From Dictyostelium discoideum (taxonomy: Eukaryota), in NCBI GenBank assembly GCA_000004695.1, contig CM000154.2:4992001-5056000 (forward strand): DNA of 64,000 bases, written 5' to 3'. A program made the translations under genes and the position numbers. Under the pieces are notes generated by a model, which searched no databases, had not been told where the DNA came from, and saw only the letters and a list, made by a program, of their open reading frames with translations. Shown here piece by piece: positions 34,436-45,911 of the stretch. Numbering within the stretch: the stretch's first letter is position 1; each line of letters starts with the position of its first letter.

Positions 34436-34476
34436 CCACACACACACACGCTTCCCACCACACACAACACACATAT
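34436..34476 (+). promoter_or_regulatory. CA-rich element (ccacacacacgcttcccaccacacacaacacacatata) immediately 5' of the ndufa6 ATG.
   Basis: Seen directly, 10-50 nt upstream of ATG 34489. CA-rich boxes are known Dictyostelium promoter motifs; a function here is inferred. A similar acacactcacacaccc lies at 50819..50838, upstream of the ZnT5-like gene. Confidence 0.3.
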
Positions 34477-34488
34477 ATACGAATCAAA

Positions 34489-35021
34489 ATGTCATCAAAT
34501 ATGCAAGCTATGAAACAAATGAGACCAGCATTGGTTTCACTCACACAACAACAAGCACGTAGAAGATGTTTCAAACTCTACAGAAATTGCATTAGATCAA
34601 TTCCACATTTAATTCAACATTACAATCTTTCTTATAATATGTCAGAAATGAGAAATAGATTTAGAAGTAATATCATCATAATTATCATCATTATCATTAT
34701 CATTATCACTCAACCCAACACTCACTCATAAATGCAATGTGACTGAGGTGTATATATATTTATATATCATAATCAATCAATATATACTAATTCATTAATT
34801 TATATAAAATCATTTTATTAATAGGCAACTTTGTTGAATTTGAAGAAGTTACTGAAAAGAATCAATTAGATAGATTAGCATTCATTGGTGAAACTGAACT
34901 TTTCGATGCAATGTCATTATTAAAAACTAGAAGTCACGTTGTAAATTATTTCGATACTCAACCAGTTAATGCCAAAACAATCAGTGAATCTGAAAAATTA
35001 TTAAATAATTTCTTTGAATAA
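34489..35021 (+). CDS. ndufa6: NADH dehydrogenase [ubiquinone] 1 alpha subcomplex subunit 6 (NDUFA6/B14, LYR family). Exons 34489..34666 and 34825..35021, about 124 aa.
   Basis: LYR motif region ARRRCFKLYRNCIRSIPHLIQHYNLSYNMSEMRNRFRSNFVEFEEV...HVVNYFDTQPV parallels human NDUFA6 (RELYRAWYREVPNTV ... THVMRFFHETEAPRP). A 158-nt intron runs from GTAATA (34667) to ATAG (34824), phase 1. Confidence 0.75.
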
Positions 35022-35478
35022 ATAATCAAAATAATAAATAATAATAATAATATCAAAATATAAAATATGCAACCCATCTAATTGTTGGTCATCCAAATCA
35101 ATTAAACAAAAAAATAAAATGAAAAAAAAAAATAAAAAAAAAAAAATAAAATAAAATAAAATAAAATAAAAATAAAAATAAAATAATGAAAAAACAAATA
35201 AATTAATTCTCAAAGATATTGATCGTATTTAAATATTATGAATAAATTTAATAAAAAAAAAAAAAAAATAAAAAAAAAAAAAAAAAAATTGAGATTATTT
35301 GAAAGAGTATTAAAATTAATTAAAAAAAAAAAAAAAATAAAAAAAAAAAATAAAAAAAAAAAATCTTTTCAAAAAAAAAAAAAAAAAATTCCAACCTTTG
35401 ATTTTTTTTTTTTTTTTTTTTTTTAAAAAATATATATTTGTTGTATATAAACATATTTATAATATACAAAAAATAAAA

Positions 35479-36980
35479 ATGGATCCATTAGAAGAATTAA
35501 ATAAAGCATCACGTAGTGTTAGAGTTTCAATTTATAACACTACAAATAAGAAATTAGTATTAAAATCTCACCCAATCACATCTGGATCATGGAGAGTACA
35601 ACCACCTGAAACTATTTTACCATTAAGGTATGTCAATATATAAAAAAAAAAAAAAAAAAAAAATAAAAATAAAAAAAATAAAAAAAAAATTAACATTTTA
35701 TATTTAATAATATAGTACAGTTGAATTTGGATCAGAATCAAGTATGATGGGTAGTACAGAAGCAGGATCAATTTATACAATTGATGGTAGTGAAGGAACA
35801 TTTGAATTCTTTTGGAATAATCCATATTTTGGTAGAAAAGGATTTAGAAAGATTGCACCATCAGGTTATGAATCAGAGTATACCAATAGTGATACACATA
35901 ATTGTGTATTGAAATTCACAGTGAAGGAATTGGATAATGGTATGAAGGAGATTGAAGATATGGAAAAGGAGATTAGAGATTTACAAACCTATATCAATGA
36001 GGCAGATAGCGGTGTCAAGGGTATGACTAAGATGTCACAAGTTTATCAAATGCAAAAAGACGATAAACAAGTGAAACTCGTTGAAAACAATATCAAGGAG
36101 AAGACCAAACATTTGGAGGAGATGAAACAAAGAAAACAGCAATTGGAGTCCAACGTCACCAAATTGAGATCACTAGACACCGACCCAAAAGCAATGGAGC
36201 AGCAATTGACAAAGATCAGAGAATCCATTGAATCTTTAGTTAAGCAAAGAAAGGGTATGGAGCATATGAGAGAGGTTTACGAGCGTTCGAAAGATCTCAA
36301 GGCAATGGAGGCATTGGATAAACAAGTTGAAACTAAAAAGAATGAAATCGATTCATTGAGAAAGAAAGAACAAAAAGTCATTCAAAAAGTGATCGAATTG
36401 AAAAAGAGCTTAGGTCTTGGTGCAACTGGTATTCAAACTAAAAAGAAAGTAGTGGCCTTATTCGATTATACAAAGAGTACAAACGATGAATTGTCAATCG
36501 TTGCTGGTGACATCATTGATATCATTCATGATGAAGATCCTGATTGGTATGGTGGTCAGTTAAATGGTCAAATGGGTTACTTTCCAAAAGCTTTTGTTGG
36601 TCCATATGAGCAACAACAAACTTCAACTTCAACTTCTGCATCCACCTCTTCTGCCACTGATAACAATGGTGATAGTGTAAATCAACCATCATCAACTGAC
36701 AATGCTGATGAATACACTGGTGAAGATTTTAGTCATCTTTATCCAAAGGCAAGAGTTGTTTATGATCATATTCCACAAGATGATGGTGAAATCGAATTGA
36801 AAACAGGTGAAATTATAACTGTTTACTCATGGGAAAGTGATTATTGGTGGGAAGGTGTAAATAATGGTAAAACTGGTTATTTCCCAAATACTTGCGTTGA
36901 TTGGGTTGAACCTGAAGCAAGTGTTACAGATTATAGTGATTATTCATATTATGAATCAACTGATTCTACAATTGATGATC

Positions 36981-37015
<35 letters not shown>

Positions 37016-37714
37016 CCACAACAACCTCAAGCAACTACAAATACAACTACACCAACTAAAACAACCCCAGTTACACCAACACCAACACCAACCCCAGTTA
37101 CACCAACACCAACTCCAACACCAACACAAACTATTCAACCACCACCAACAGCATTTATAGCACCAAATCTTAAAGCAAATACCACTACAACACCACATAC
37201 ACCATTAAAAAGAGATTTACCAACTGCACCATCTCCATCACCAAAATCTACAATTGCACCAGTCATTAAACCAGTAGCACCAACTCCAACACCAACACCA
37301 ACTCCTGTAACACCAACCCCTGTAACACCAACCCCTACTCCAGTTGTTAAACCAGCTGAACCATCAACCCCAACTCCAACCCCAACTCCAACCCCAACTC
37401 CAACACCAACTCCAACCACTGCATTTACACCAGCAGTACCATCAAAACCAGTTACATCATCAGCATCAATTGTATCATCATCAGCATCAACTCAATTCGA
37501 TAAAATTCTTCAACCACTCATTACTGATTTCACAAAGAAATTGGTTGAAGCTCATCAAAAAGAAACTGCATTATTAAATCAAAAGATTAGTGCACTCGAA
37601 AAAGAATTAAGAGAATTAAAAGAATCTAATGGTGGTAGTACTAATATTAGATCATCTGTTACTTCAACTGCAACTGTAGTTTCAAAAGCAAGTCCAGCTG
37701 TTAGAAAATATTAA
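35479..37714 (+). CDS. Protein with an N-terminal lectin-like beta-sandwich domain, a coiled coil, two SH3 domains, a (PTPTPV)n linker and a C-terminal coiled coil. Exons 35479..35627 and 35716..37714, about 715 aa.
   Basis: SH3 motifs: ALFDYTKSTNDELSIVAGDIIDIIHDEDPDWYGGQLNGQMGYFPKAFV and VVYDHIPQDDGEIELKTGEIITVYSWESDYWWEGVNNGKTGYFPNTCV. The N-terminus VRVSIYNTTNKKLVLKSHPITSGSWRVQ...GSIYTIDGSEGTFEFFWNNPYFG resembles the fungal fruit-body lectin/actinoporin-like family by pattern. Intron from GTATGT (35628) to TATAG (35715), phase 2. Confidence 0.7.
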
Positions 37715-38305
37715 TAAGTTTTTAAAAAAAAAAAAAAAAAATCAAAAAAAAAAAAAAATATAGTAGTATTATTTTAATTTTAAAATAATATTAACAATAA
37801 TATTATTTTAATTTTAAAATAATATTAACAATAATAAAAATAGTTATAATAATAAACAATTGTTGTATCATTAATAGTACTCATCGAAAATTATTTTTAG
37901 ATCTAAGATCATGGCGCGCTTTTTTTTTTGGCGGGAATTTCTTTTTTTTTTTTTTTTTTTGATTTGGTTGAATTTTTTTTTTTTTTTTTTTAAAATTTTT
38001 TTTTATTTTTTTTTTATAATTTTTTTTTTTTTGAAAAAAATTTATTTAATTCATACACATCGGCACTCGTATAATTATATAATTCAATTAAAATATAAAT
38101 AAATTTTATTTTTTATTTTAAATAATTTTATTTATTTTTTTTTTTTTTTGGGAAAAAATATAAAAAAAAAAGTAAGATTTTTTTTTTTTTTTTAAAAAAA
38201 AAGAAAAAGTTTAAAATTCTCTCACTCTGTCGAAAATTAACAAATAACAATAAATATATAAATAAATAAATAAATATATAAAAATAAATATATAAAAATA
38301 AATAA

Positions 38306-38353
<48 letters not shown>

Positions 38354-38743
38354 ATGGAACCAACATATTCAATACCAAGTACACCACTAAAGACCCCAAT
38401 AAGAATTACAGTAAATAATGGTCATAATAGTGGTCAACATTCATTATCATTATCAACATGTAAACCAACACCAGAACAAAATGCATTCAATTTAAATATG
38501 TTTAGCGAAAAGAAGAAAAATCAATATCAAACACCAAAATGTCCATCACCACCATTAAAATCAACACCAGCAAGTAGAGTCAATAGTAATCTACCATTAA
38601 TTCATCATATATCATCACTATCAATGTTTTCACCAACAACATCATTATCTGATTTCATGAATTGTGAAAATGGTGGTAGTAATAATATTGATTTTTCAAG
38701 TAGTTTTGGTAGTAGTAGTTTAAATAGTAATAATACACTTAGT

Positions 38744-38777
<34 letters not shown>

Positions 38778-40470
38778 GTGGATATAAAATACCATCAAGT
38801 GTTAATAAAAATAGTAATAATTATAATAGTAATAGTAATAGTAATAGTAGTAATAATGTTATTTCATTATTTGATAAGAATTTTGATGTAGTTTGTAAAT
38901 TAGGTAGTGGATCATTTTCAGATGTTTTTAAAGTGAAGAGTAAATTTGATGGTAATTCCTATGCCATTAAACAGGCAAGACATCAATTTAGAGGATTTCA
39001 AGAGAGAGAAAGAGCCGTTAGAGAGGTTAAAGCAGCAGTATCATTACCACCCCATACAAATGTTTTACAATATTACAGTAGTTGGGAACAAAATAATACA
39101 CTTTTCATTCAAACTGAACTTTGCGAAAATGGTTCACTTCAAGATTTTTTAGATTCACTTTCACCTGATCAAATACTATCTGAAGAATTAATTTGGAATT
39201 TTTTACTTGATGTTTGTTTAGTATGTTTAATAATAATAATAATAATAATGATAATAACAGAAAAAAAGAAATTGTTTTTTTTTTTTTACTAACTTTTTTT
39301 TTTTTTTTTTTTAGGGAATTCAACATATACATTCATATAATATGTTACATTTAGATATAAAACCAGAGAATTTATTTATTTCATCACAAGGTAATATAAA
39401 GATTGGAGATTTTGGAATGGCTGTAAAATTAGAAACAACAAATAATAATAATAATGGTAATGGAGGATGTCAATCGAATAATACAAGTATGGATAGTGAT
39501 TGTAATAATTTAAGTTTGGATGAAGATGATATATTTTTCGATTTTTTAGAAGGTGATAGTAGATATTTAGCCTACGAATTCCTATTGGATAAAAAACAGA
39601 TTAGTAAACCCTCTGATATTTTCTCAATTGGTGTCACTTTCTTTGAAATGGTCACTGGTAATGAAATGCCAACCAATGGTCCATTATGGGAACAGTTAAG
39701 AAGTGATAAAGCTATTGATTTCCTTGAACCTGGTAAATACTCTGATTCACTTTATCAAGTAATTCTAGATATGATGAAATCAAATATAACTGAAAGAATA
39801 TCTTTAGATCAAATTTTATTAAATGAAAATATTCAATTAGTTCAACAAAAACGTTTAAATCAATTTCAAAATATTGATAATATTGAAAATGATAATAATA
39901 ATAATAATAATACAGATAATAATAATAATAATAATACAGATAATATAAATAATGATAATAATGATGATAATAATAATAATATAAATAATTATAATTTAAA
40001 ATTAATAACACCATATTTTCAATATCAAAAAGAAAGAAAAGATGAAGAATTAAAAGAGATAATAGAATTTGGAGAAATACGTGAAATTAAAGAAAAGTTT
40101 GAACATCATCAATTTGCTATACCTACACCACATTTTGTGAGATCAAATGCTGGTCGTTCAAGTAGTTCATCATTATTTAGTGATGAGGAAGAAGATGATG
40201 ATGATGATGATGATAGTGGTAGAGATTCTCCAATTCATTTCAGTTTAAATAATCTTAATAATAGTAGTAGTAATATTGGTATTAGTGAGAGTAATAGTAA
40301 CAATTCTTTCTCTTCTATTTTAGAGGAAAATAATGAATCTTCATCATCATCACCCCTACCTTCTTTATCATTTTCAAGAAGACTGTCAACTTCATCATTG
40401 GTTACAACAATCTCTCCAAAACCAAATTTTAATACAAGCGGTAATAAATTATTCTCAAATGAAAATAATA

Positions 40471-40505
<35 letters not shown>

Positions 40506-40784
40506 CAAAATAATAATAATAATAATGGATTTTATGGTTTCACAAATAATGGAAGTTGTAATAATTTGAATAATTTGAATAATTTGAATAGTAGCGGTGA
40601 ATTTAGTAATAGTAGTAAAAAGAAATTAGGTAAAAGAGGGTTACCTTTACTCGATGTTGTTAATGGTGGAGGTAATAGTGGTTCAAAGGTTTGCGCAATT
40701 AAAAGAAGTTTCGATTCACATCCTCAAGAGAGTGATAAAATGTCACCAAGAAATCTTTTGAGTCTTTTCCAAGAAACAAATTAA
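38354..40784 (+). CDS. Wee1/Myt1-family protein kinase. Exons 38354..39220 and 39315..40784, about 778 aa.
   Basis: Kinase subdomains: GSGSFSDVFKVKSKFDGNSYAIKQ, HLDIKPENLF, IKIGDFGMA, and the WEE-family EGDSRYLAYEFLL with a PLWEQLRSD motif. The 94-nt intron runs from GTATGT (39221) to TTTAG (39314) and splits the catalytic domain in phase 0. Confidence 0.75.
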
Positions 40785-41226
40785 AAAAAAAAAAAAAATA
40801 ATATTATTAAAAGTGATATTAAAATACTGAAAAAAAAAAAAAAAAAAGATATTAAAAAATAAAAAAAAAAAAAAAAAAAACAATAATAAACCCTTTTGTA
40901 AAGATAATTATAATACAATAAAAATGTATATATAAAATAGTATAATAATTATATAATAAAAATAAAATAATAAAAATATAGTTTTTAAAAACTGAAAACT
41001 AAAAATAAAAATATCCCAACTTTTTTTTTTTATTTTTGTTTTCTTTTTTTTTTTTTTTTTTTTTTCATCTTCAACACCACCAAAATTTTCATATTTATTT
41101 ATTTTTTTTTTTTTTATTTTTTTATTTTTTTTTTTTTTTTCATAATTTTTTGTGGTTGTAATAATATTGTAATATATCTATAAATAAAAAATAAAAAATA
41201 AAAAATAAAAAATAAAAAATAAAAAT

Positions 41227-42411
41227 ATGACAACAACAGATAATGAAAAAAAAGTTAAATTACAACAAATTTTAACAGATTCATTACTTTTACAAAAACA
41301 AGTAAAAGTAATATTTGCAGGTGGTAATAATAATGAAACTACAATTAAACAAATTACAACATTGTTAGGTCAATTAAGAGATAAATCAAAACAAGCCAAT
41401 GAATTATGTGAACAATTATCACATGATCATGGTAAATCATTAGTATCAATTTTAAATTGTTTCATCAATTGGAATCAAATTGTATTGGATGCAACCACAT
41501 CAACAACTCCAACCTCAATAGAGAAATTAAAAGAGTATTCATTACCAATTGAATCTAAATTAATAGAGATTAGATCAATTGCTAAATCATTTAAAGATGC
41601 ATCATTAGATGCTAGATCAATGGAACTTTTAACAAATATCTATAATAAAACAAATCAAATTGATAAGGAAGTTGATATTTTAGAAAAAGCAGTTTCTGCT
41701 GAAAAGAATCCTCAAAGATCTGTAGCTTTATTTGATGCATATTTAAAGAAATTAGATCATACATATCAAGATCGTGATAGAATTTATCAATTAAATAATA
41801 AAGATACTCAACAACAACAACAACAACAACAACAACAAGATAATGATGAAGATATTAAAGTTTCAACTTCATCAAGTAAAAAATATCAACAACAAGAAAA
41901 AGAAGAAAAAGAAAAAGAAGATAAAGATAATGGTTTTATGAAATTACATGCAGATGCTTGGGAAATTTATTTATGGTTAAAATCAATGCCAGGATTTCCA
42001 AGAGATCAATTTATTTTACAAAGAAAAAATCAATTATTTAAATTGGCAATTTATATTGGTTCATTAGCAAATCCTTTAATTTCTGCAAAGGATAAAGAAG
42101 TTGTTTCAATTTCAATGGAAGCATTCGACGAAGCATTACATATTGCTGATATCACTCAAAATAAAGAATACTTTTGTGCTGCCACTGCTCATAAATCATC
42201 TGTTGTTTATCGTACTCTTCCAGAGGATGAACGTGCCAAACTTTTCAAATCACTTGTTGATGTTGAACAATCTATGAAACCTGTAAATAGTGAAATTAGA
42301 GATTTAATTCAATCAATAGAAAATAAAGATCCATCACTTTTCCCTGAGAAAAAAGAACAAGAAGATAAAGAAAAAGATGAAAAATTAAAAAAAGAAAATG
42401 AATCAAAATAA
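41227..42411 (+). CDS. Hypothetical coiled-coil protein, 394 aa, with a poly-Q tract and a KEKE-rich C-terminus.
   Basis: Long ORF with Dictyostelium-like codon usage and no motif I can assign. Confidence 0.5.
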   Translation: MTTTDNEKKVKLQQILTDSLLLQKQVKVIFAGGNNNETTIKQITTLLGQLRDKSKQANELCEQLSHDHGKSLVSILNCFINWNQIVLDATTSTTPTSIEKLKEYSLPIESKLIEIRSIAKSFKDASLDARSMELLTNIYNKTNQIDKEVDILEKAVSAEKNPQRSVALFDAYLKKLDHTYQDRDRIYQLNNKDTQQQQQQQQQQDNDEDIKVSTSSSKKYQQQEKEEKEKEDKDNGFMKLHADAWEIYLWLKSMPGFPRDQFILQRKNQLFKLAIYIGSLANPLISAKDKEVVSISMEAFDEALHIADITQNKEYFCAATAHKSSVVYRTLPEDERAKLFKSLVDVEQSMKPVNSEIRDLIQSIENKDPSLFPEKKEQEDKEKDEKLKKENESK

Positions 42412-42572
42412 AGATTTATACATATATAAATTTATTAAAAATTAATTAATTTTTTTTTATTAAAATTCTATTTATTTTATTTTATTTATTTGTACAATTA
42501 CACTATTATTTATTTAATTTTATTTATTTTTTTTTTCTATTTTTTTTATTTTTTTTTATTTAACAAGTTGGT

Positions 42573-43632
42573 TTAAAAAAGAAAATGTCTAGCCCTTTTC
42601 CAAGCATACATATCCACAGAACGAATTGTTTTTCTTCCTGCATGAGAAGCAAGTAAACCAGAATCTTCCATTAGACGAGTCAAGTAAGCTTCAGTAGTAG
42701 TTTGGATAGCCAAAAGAGCTCCAGGAGTTATTCTAAGACCATCGTCGAATAAGCACATAATTTCTCTGACTAATCTGGATAGAGGGAGACGAGGAATCAT
42801 AAAATCAACAGAATTTCTAAGTCTGCGAATCACTGAAGCAACTAGCCTTCTTCTTCTCTTCTTTCTTGGAGTTGTTGGAGTTGTTGGTGTTGTTGTTGTT
42901 CTTTGTACTCTTATACGTGGTGTGGTTGGTGTTGTTATAGATGCAGATGTAGATGAATGTGTAGATGTAGGTGTTGATGGAGGTGTTAATATCGATGTAG
43001 ATGTACGTGATGATACAGGTGATGATATAGATGTTGATGAAGGTGTTGATATAGATAATGATGAAGGTGTTGATGAAGGTGTTGATGAAGTTTTGCTTCT
43101 GGTAGATGGTGGTGTTCTTGTTGGTGTTGAAAGAGGTGTTATACTTTTACTTCTAGTAGATGGTGGTGTTTTTGTTGGTGTTGTCACAATTGTTTCTCTT
43201 CTACTTTTGGTAGGAGTTAATGATGATGATGATGATGATGATGATGATGGTGATGACGATGATGATGATAACACGTTCTTTGATACTTTTTTTGAAGCAG
43301 CAGGTTTTTTAGCTTCAGATGGGAGTGGACTTCTTCTTGTTGGAGGTAATGGTGATTGTTGTTGCTGTTTGCTTCTTGTTGGTGTAGTGACTTTTTTGAT
43401 TGGTGCTGGTTTCTTTTTAATAAGAGGTGAAGGTTTCTTTGATACCTTTACTCTACTTTGTTTTGATGATTCAGAAGATGCCACTGATGATGATTCATCA
43501 TAATTTGAAAATATTGATGAAAGTGATGGTGATGGTAATGGTTTTCCACCAGAACGTTTTGGAGCTTCTCTAACTTCTTCCTCTTCTTCTTCCTCCTCCT
43601 CCTCCTCCTCCTCTTCTTCTTCCTCTTCTTCT

Positions 43633-43712
<80 letters not shown>

Positions 43713-44432
43713 TTCTTCTTCTTCTTCTTCTTCTTCTTCTTGATCACTGGAATTATTTTGAGAACTAGAATCGTCATCAGACTCTTCTTCAATTTGACTG
43801 GTTTTTCTTTGAATTTTTGGTGTTTGTACGACAGGTTTTAAGTTTGTTTTGTAAGATGGCAATATTGGTGTTAATCTTGGTGGTGCTGGTGCACCTTTTT
43901 TATACATGAGTGTATTTGGTTTGGAGAGTGGTGTTGTTGGTGTTAAATTATGTGATACATTGATGTTTTCTAATGATCCTCTAATAGAATCCATTACACC
44001 AGTTGGTAATCTTTGAGAAGCTGCTTTACGGATAGGTGATTCCGTCATTACATTTGTATAATATGAATCATCAGTTACACTAGGAGTATCATTGAATTCA
44101 ATATTTGAAAGGTTCATTATTGTATTCACTGATGCTCTTGATGATCCGGATAATCTTGATGATCCAGATGATCCAGATGATCTTGATGATCCAGATGATG
44201 CAGGCGATCTTGATGATCCAGATGATTCAGATGTCGATATTACTGGTGATACTGGTACTCTAGTAGTTCCTGGTGGTTCATAAGATTGTGTTAAAGAACT
44301 TGATGGACGGGATGGCTGAGTTTGTCTTGGTTGTTGTTGTTGTTTTAGTTGAAGATCAGCCTCTGGTGATGTTCTTTGTCCTGACCTTATTAAATCTCTA
44401 AGGTGTTCTGAGGGTTTGGGTTTGTTAGCCAT
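42573..44432 (-). CDS. Histone H3 variant with a C-terminal histone fold and a roughly 500 aa S/T/P/E-rich N-terminal domain. Candidate centromeric CenH3. 619 aa.
   Basis: C-terminal 100 aa: RRLRNSVDFMIPRLPLSRLVREIMCLFDDGLRITPGALLAIQTTTEAYLTRLMEDSGLLASHAGRKTIRSVDMYAWKRARHF. It aligns with H3 alphaN-alpha3 (LIRKLPFQRLVREIAQDF...[29 protein letters not shown]...DIQLARRIRG) but is divergent, as expected for CenH3. (CTT/CTC)n at 43575..43741 encodes about 57 consecutive Glu. Dictyostelium CenH3 is known to carry a long N-terminal extension. Confidence 0.7.
43575..43741. repeat. (CTT/CTC)n of about 56 units. It encodes an uninterrupted poly-Glu tract on the minus strand in the CenH3-like gene.
   Basis: Seen directly in the sequence. 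The ORF-track translation shows EEEE...E. Confidence 0.9.
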
Positions 44433-44456
44433 TTTTTAATATTTTTATTTTCTTTG

Positions 44457-44492
<36 letters not shown>

Positions 44493-45359
44493 AAAATATA
44501 AAAGAAATAATAAAAAAAGATTAAAAATTCAAACAAATAATTCTAAAACTGTTTGTATTTTGAAAATTTAAAATTTTAAAATTAACTGAAAGGGAAAAAT
44601 AATAAAAAAAAAAATAAAAATAAAACGATTTTTTTTTTTTTTTTGAAAAAATTAAAAAAAAAAAAAAGAATTTGATTAACTCAATTAAAAAAGAATTTGA
44701 TGAACCCAATTAAAAAAAATTAAAAAAAGAATTTGATGAACTCGTTTTTAAAAAAAAAAAAAAAAAGAATATTAAAACAAGTTTTTTTTTAATTTTTTTT
44801 TTTTTTTTTTTCTGATTAAATTTTATGGAACTTTTTTTCACAAAAAATCATTTCCAAAAATTTTGGATTAATTAATTTATATCAAAAATAAAAAAAATAA
44901 ATCTGAATGCTATTTCATTACATTCGGATTAATTTAAATCTAAAATAAAAAAAAAAGAAAAAATAAAAAAAAATTTTAAAAATACATTAAATAAAAATTT
45001 TTAAAAACTACAATATCTAAAATCAAAAAAAAAAAATTTTATCGAGATGGAAATTTCAAAATAATCAAGATCCCTAGTATACCGAAATAACCCTTGGGTA
45101 TTTGGAATAAACTTAAAAACTAATGATGTAAAGAATCCAATATAAAGGAAGTTTATCAATTTTATTTTAAATAATTATTTATAAAAAAAAAAAAAAAATA
45201 AAAAATAAAAAAAAAAGTTTTTAGTGTAAATAAAAATAGATTCAATCAATAGATATCGTTTATTATTATTACTTTTAAGTAATTTTAAAATAAAAAAAAA
45301 CAAATAAAAAAAATAAAAAAAAAAATAATATTTAACAGTTTTCCTTTTCCTTTTTCTTT

Positions 45360-45392
<33 letters not shown>

Positions 45393-45393
45393 C

Positions 45394-45839
45394 TTAATTG
45401 GAAGATTTTGGAGAACCACAACCAATTGGATCTTCAGGAGAACATTCACAAGCACTTCTACCAACCAAAAACATTTCTTCACGTACCTTCATTATTTCAG
45501 CGATTACATTTGCATTTAAACCATCTAAATTTCTAATTTCAGCCAATTTATCACGAATAGTTGTCGATAAACGACTATAGACATGTGATGGGAAAGCCAA
45601 AAACATAAAAGTTGCCAATTGAGTTGGATAATCATGACAAATTTCTTGTGTAGTTCCATGTTGATTATGTTGATGTGTTACTTTCCATTTAATTCTTCCA
45701 TCTTGAATTAATTTATTTATAACTTTAAATGCTAAAGAATTATTTGTAATTTGTTCAAAAAATTTCTCCCATTTATTATATTTATCATTATTATTATTAT
45801 TATTTTCTTCTTCATTATTATTATTACTATTTACATTTG

Positions 45840-45911
<72 letters not shown>

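Noticed and set aside
36956-37419. Minus-strand ORFs rich in W/C and in GVGVGV, opposite the SH3-protein gene
   Set aside because: They are antisense to the (ACACCAACTCCA)n Pro/Thr-repeat linker and have no start context or domain.
42922-43792. Plus-strand ORF 42922-43503 (DVDVGVDGG...) and the minus-strand poly-K ORF at 43448-43792, overlapping the CenH3-like gene
   Set aside because: These are frame and antisense artefacts of the Ser/Thr codon repeats and of the (GAA)n tract. The real reading frame is the one ending in the histone fold.
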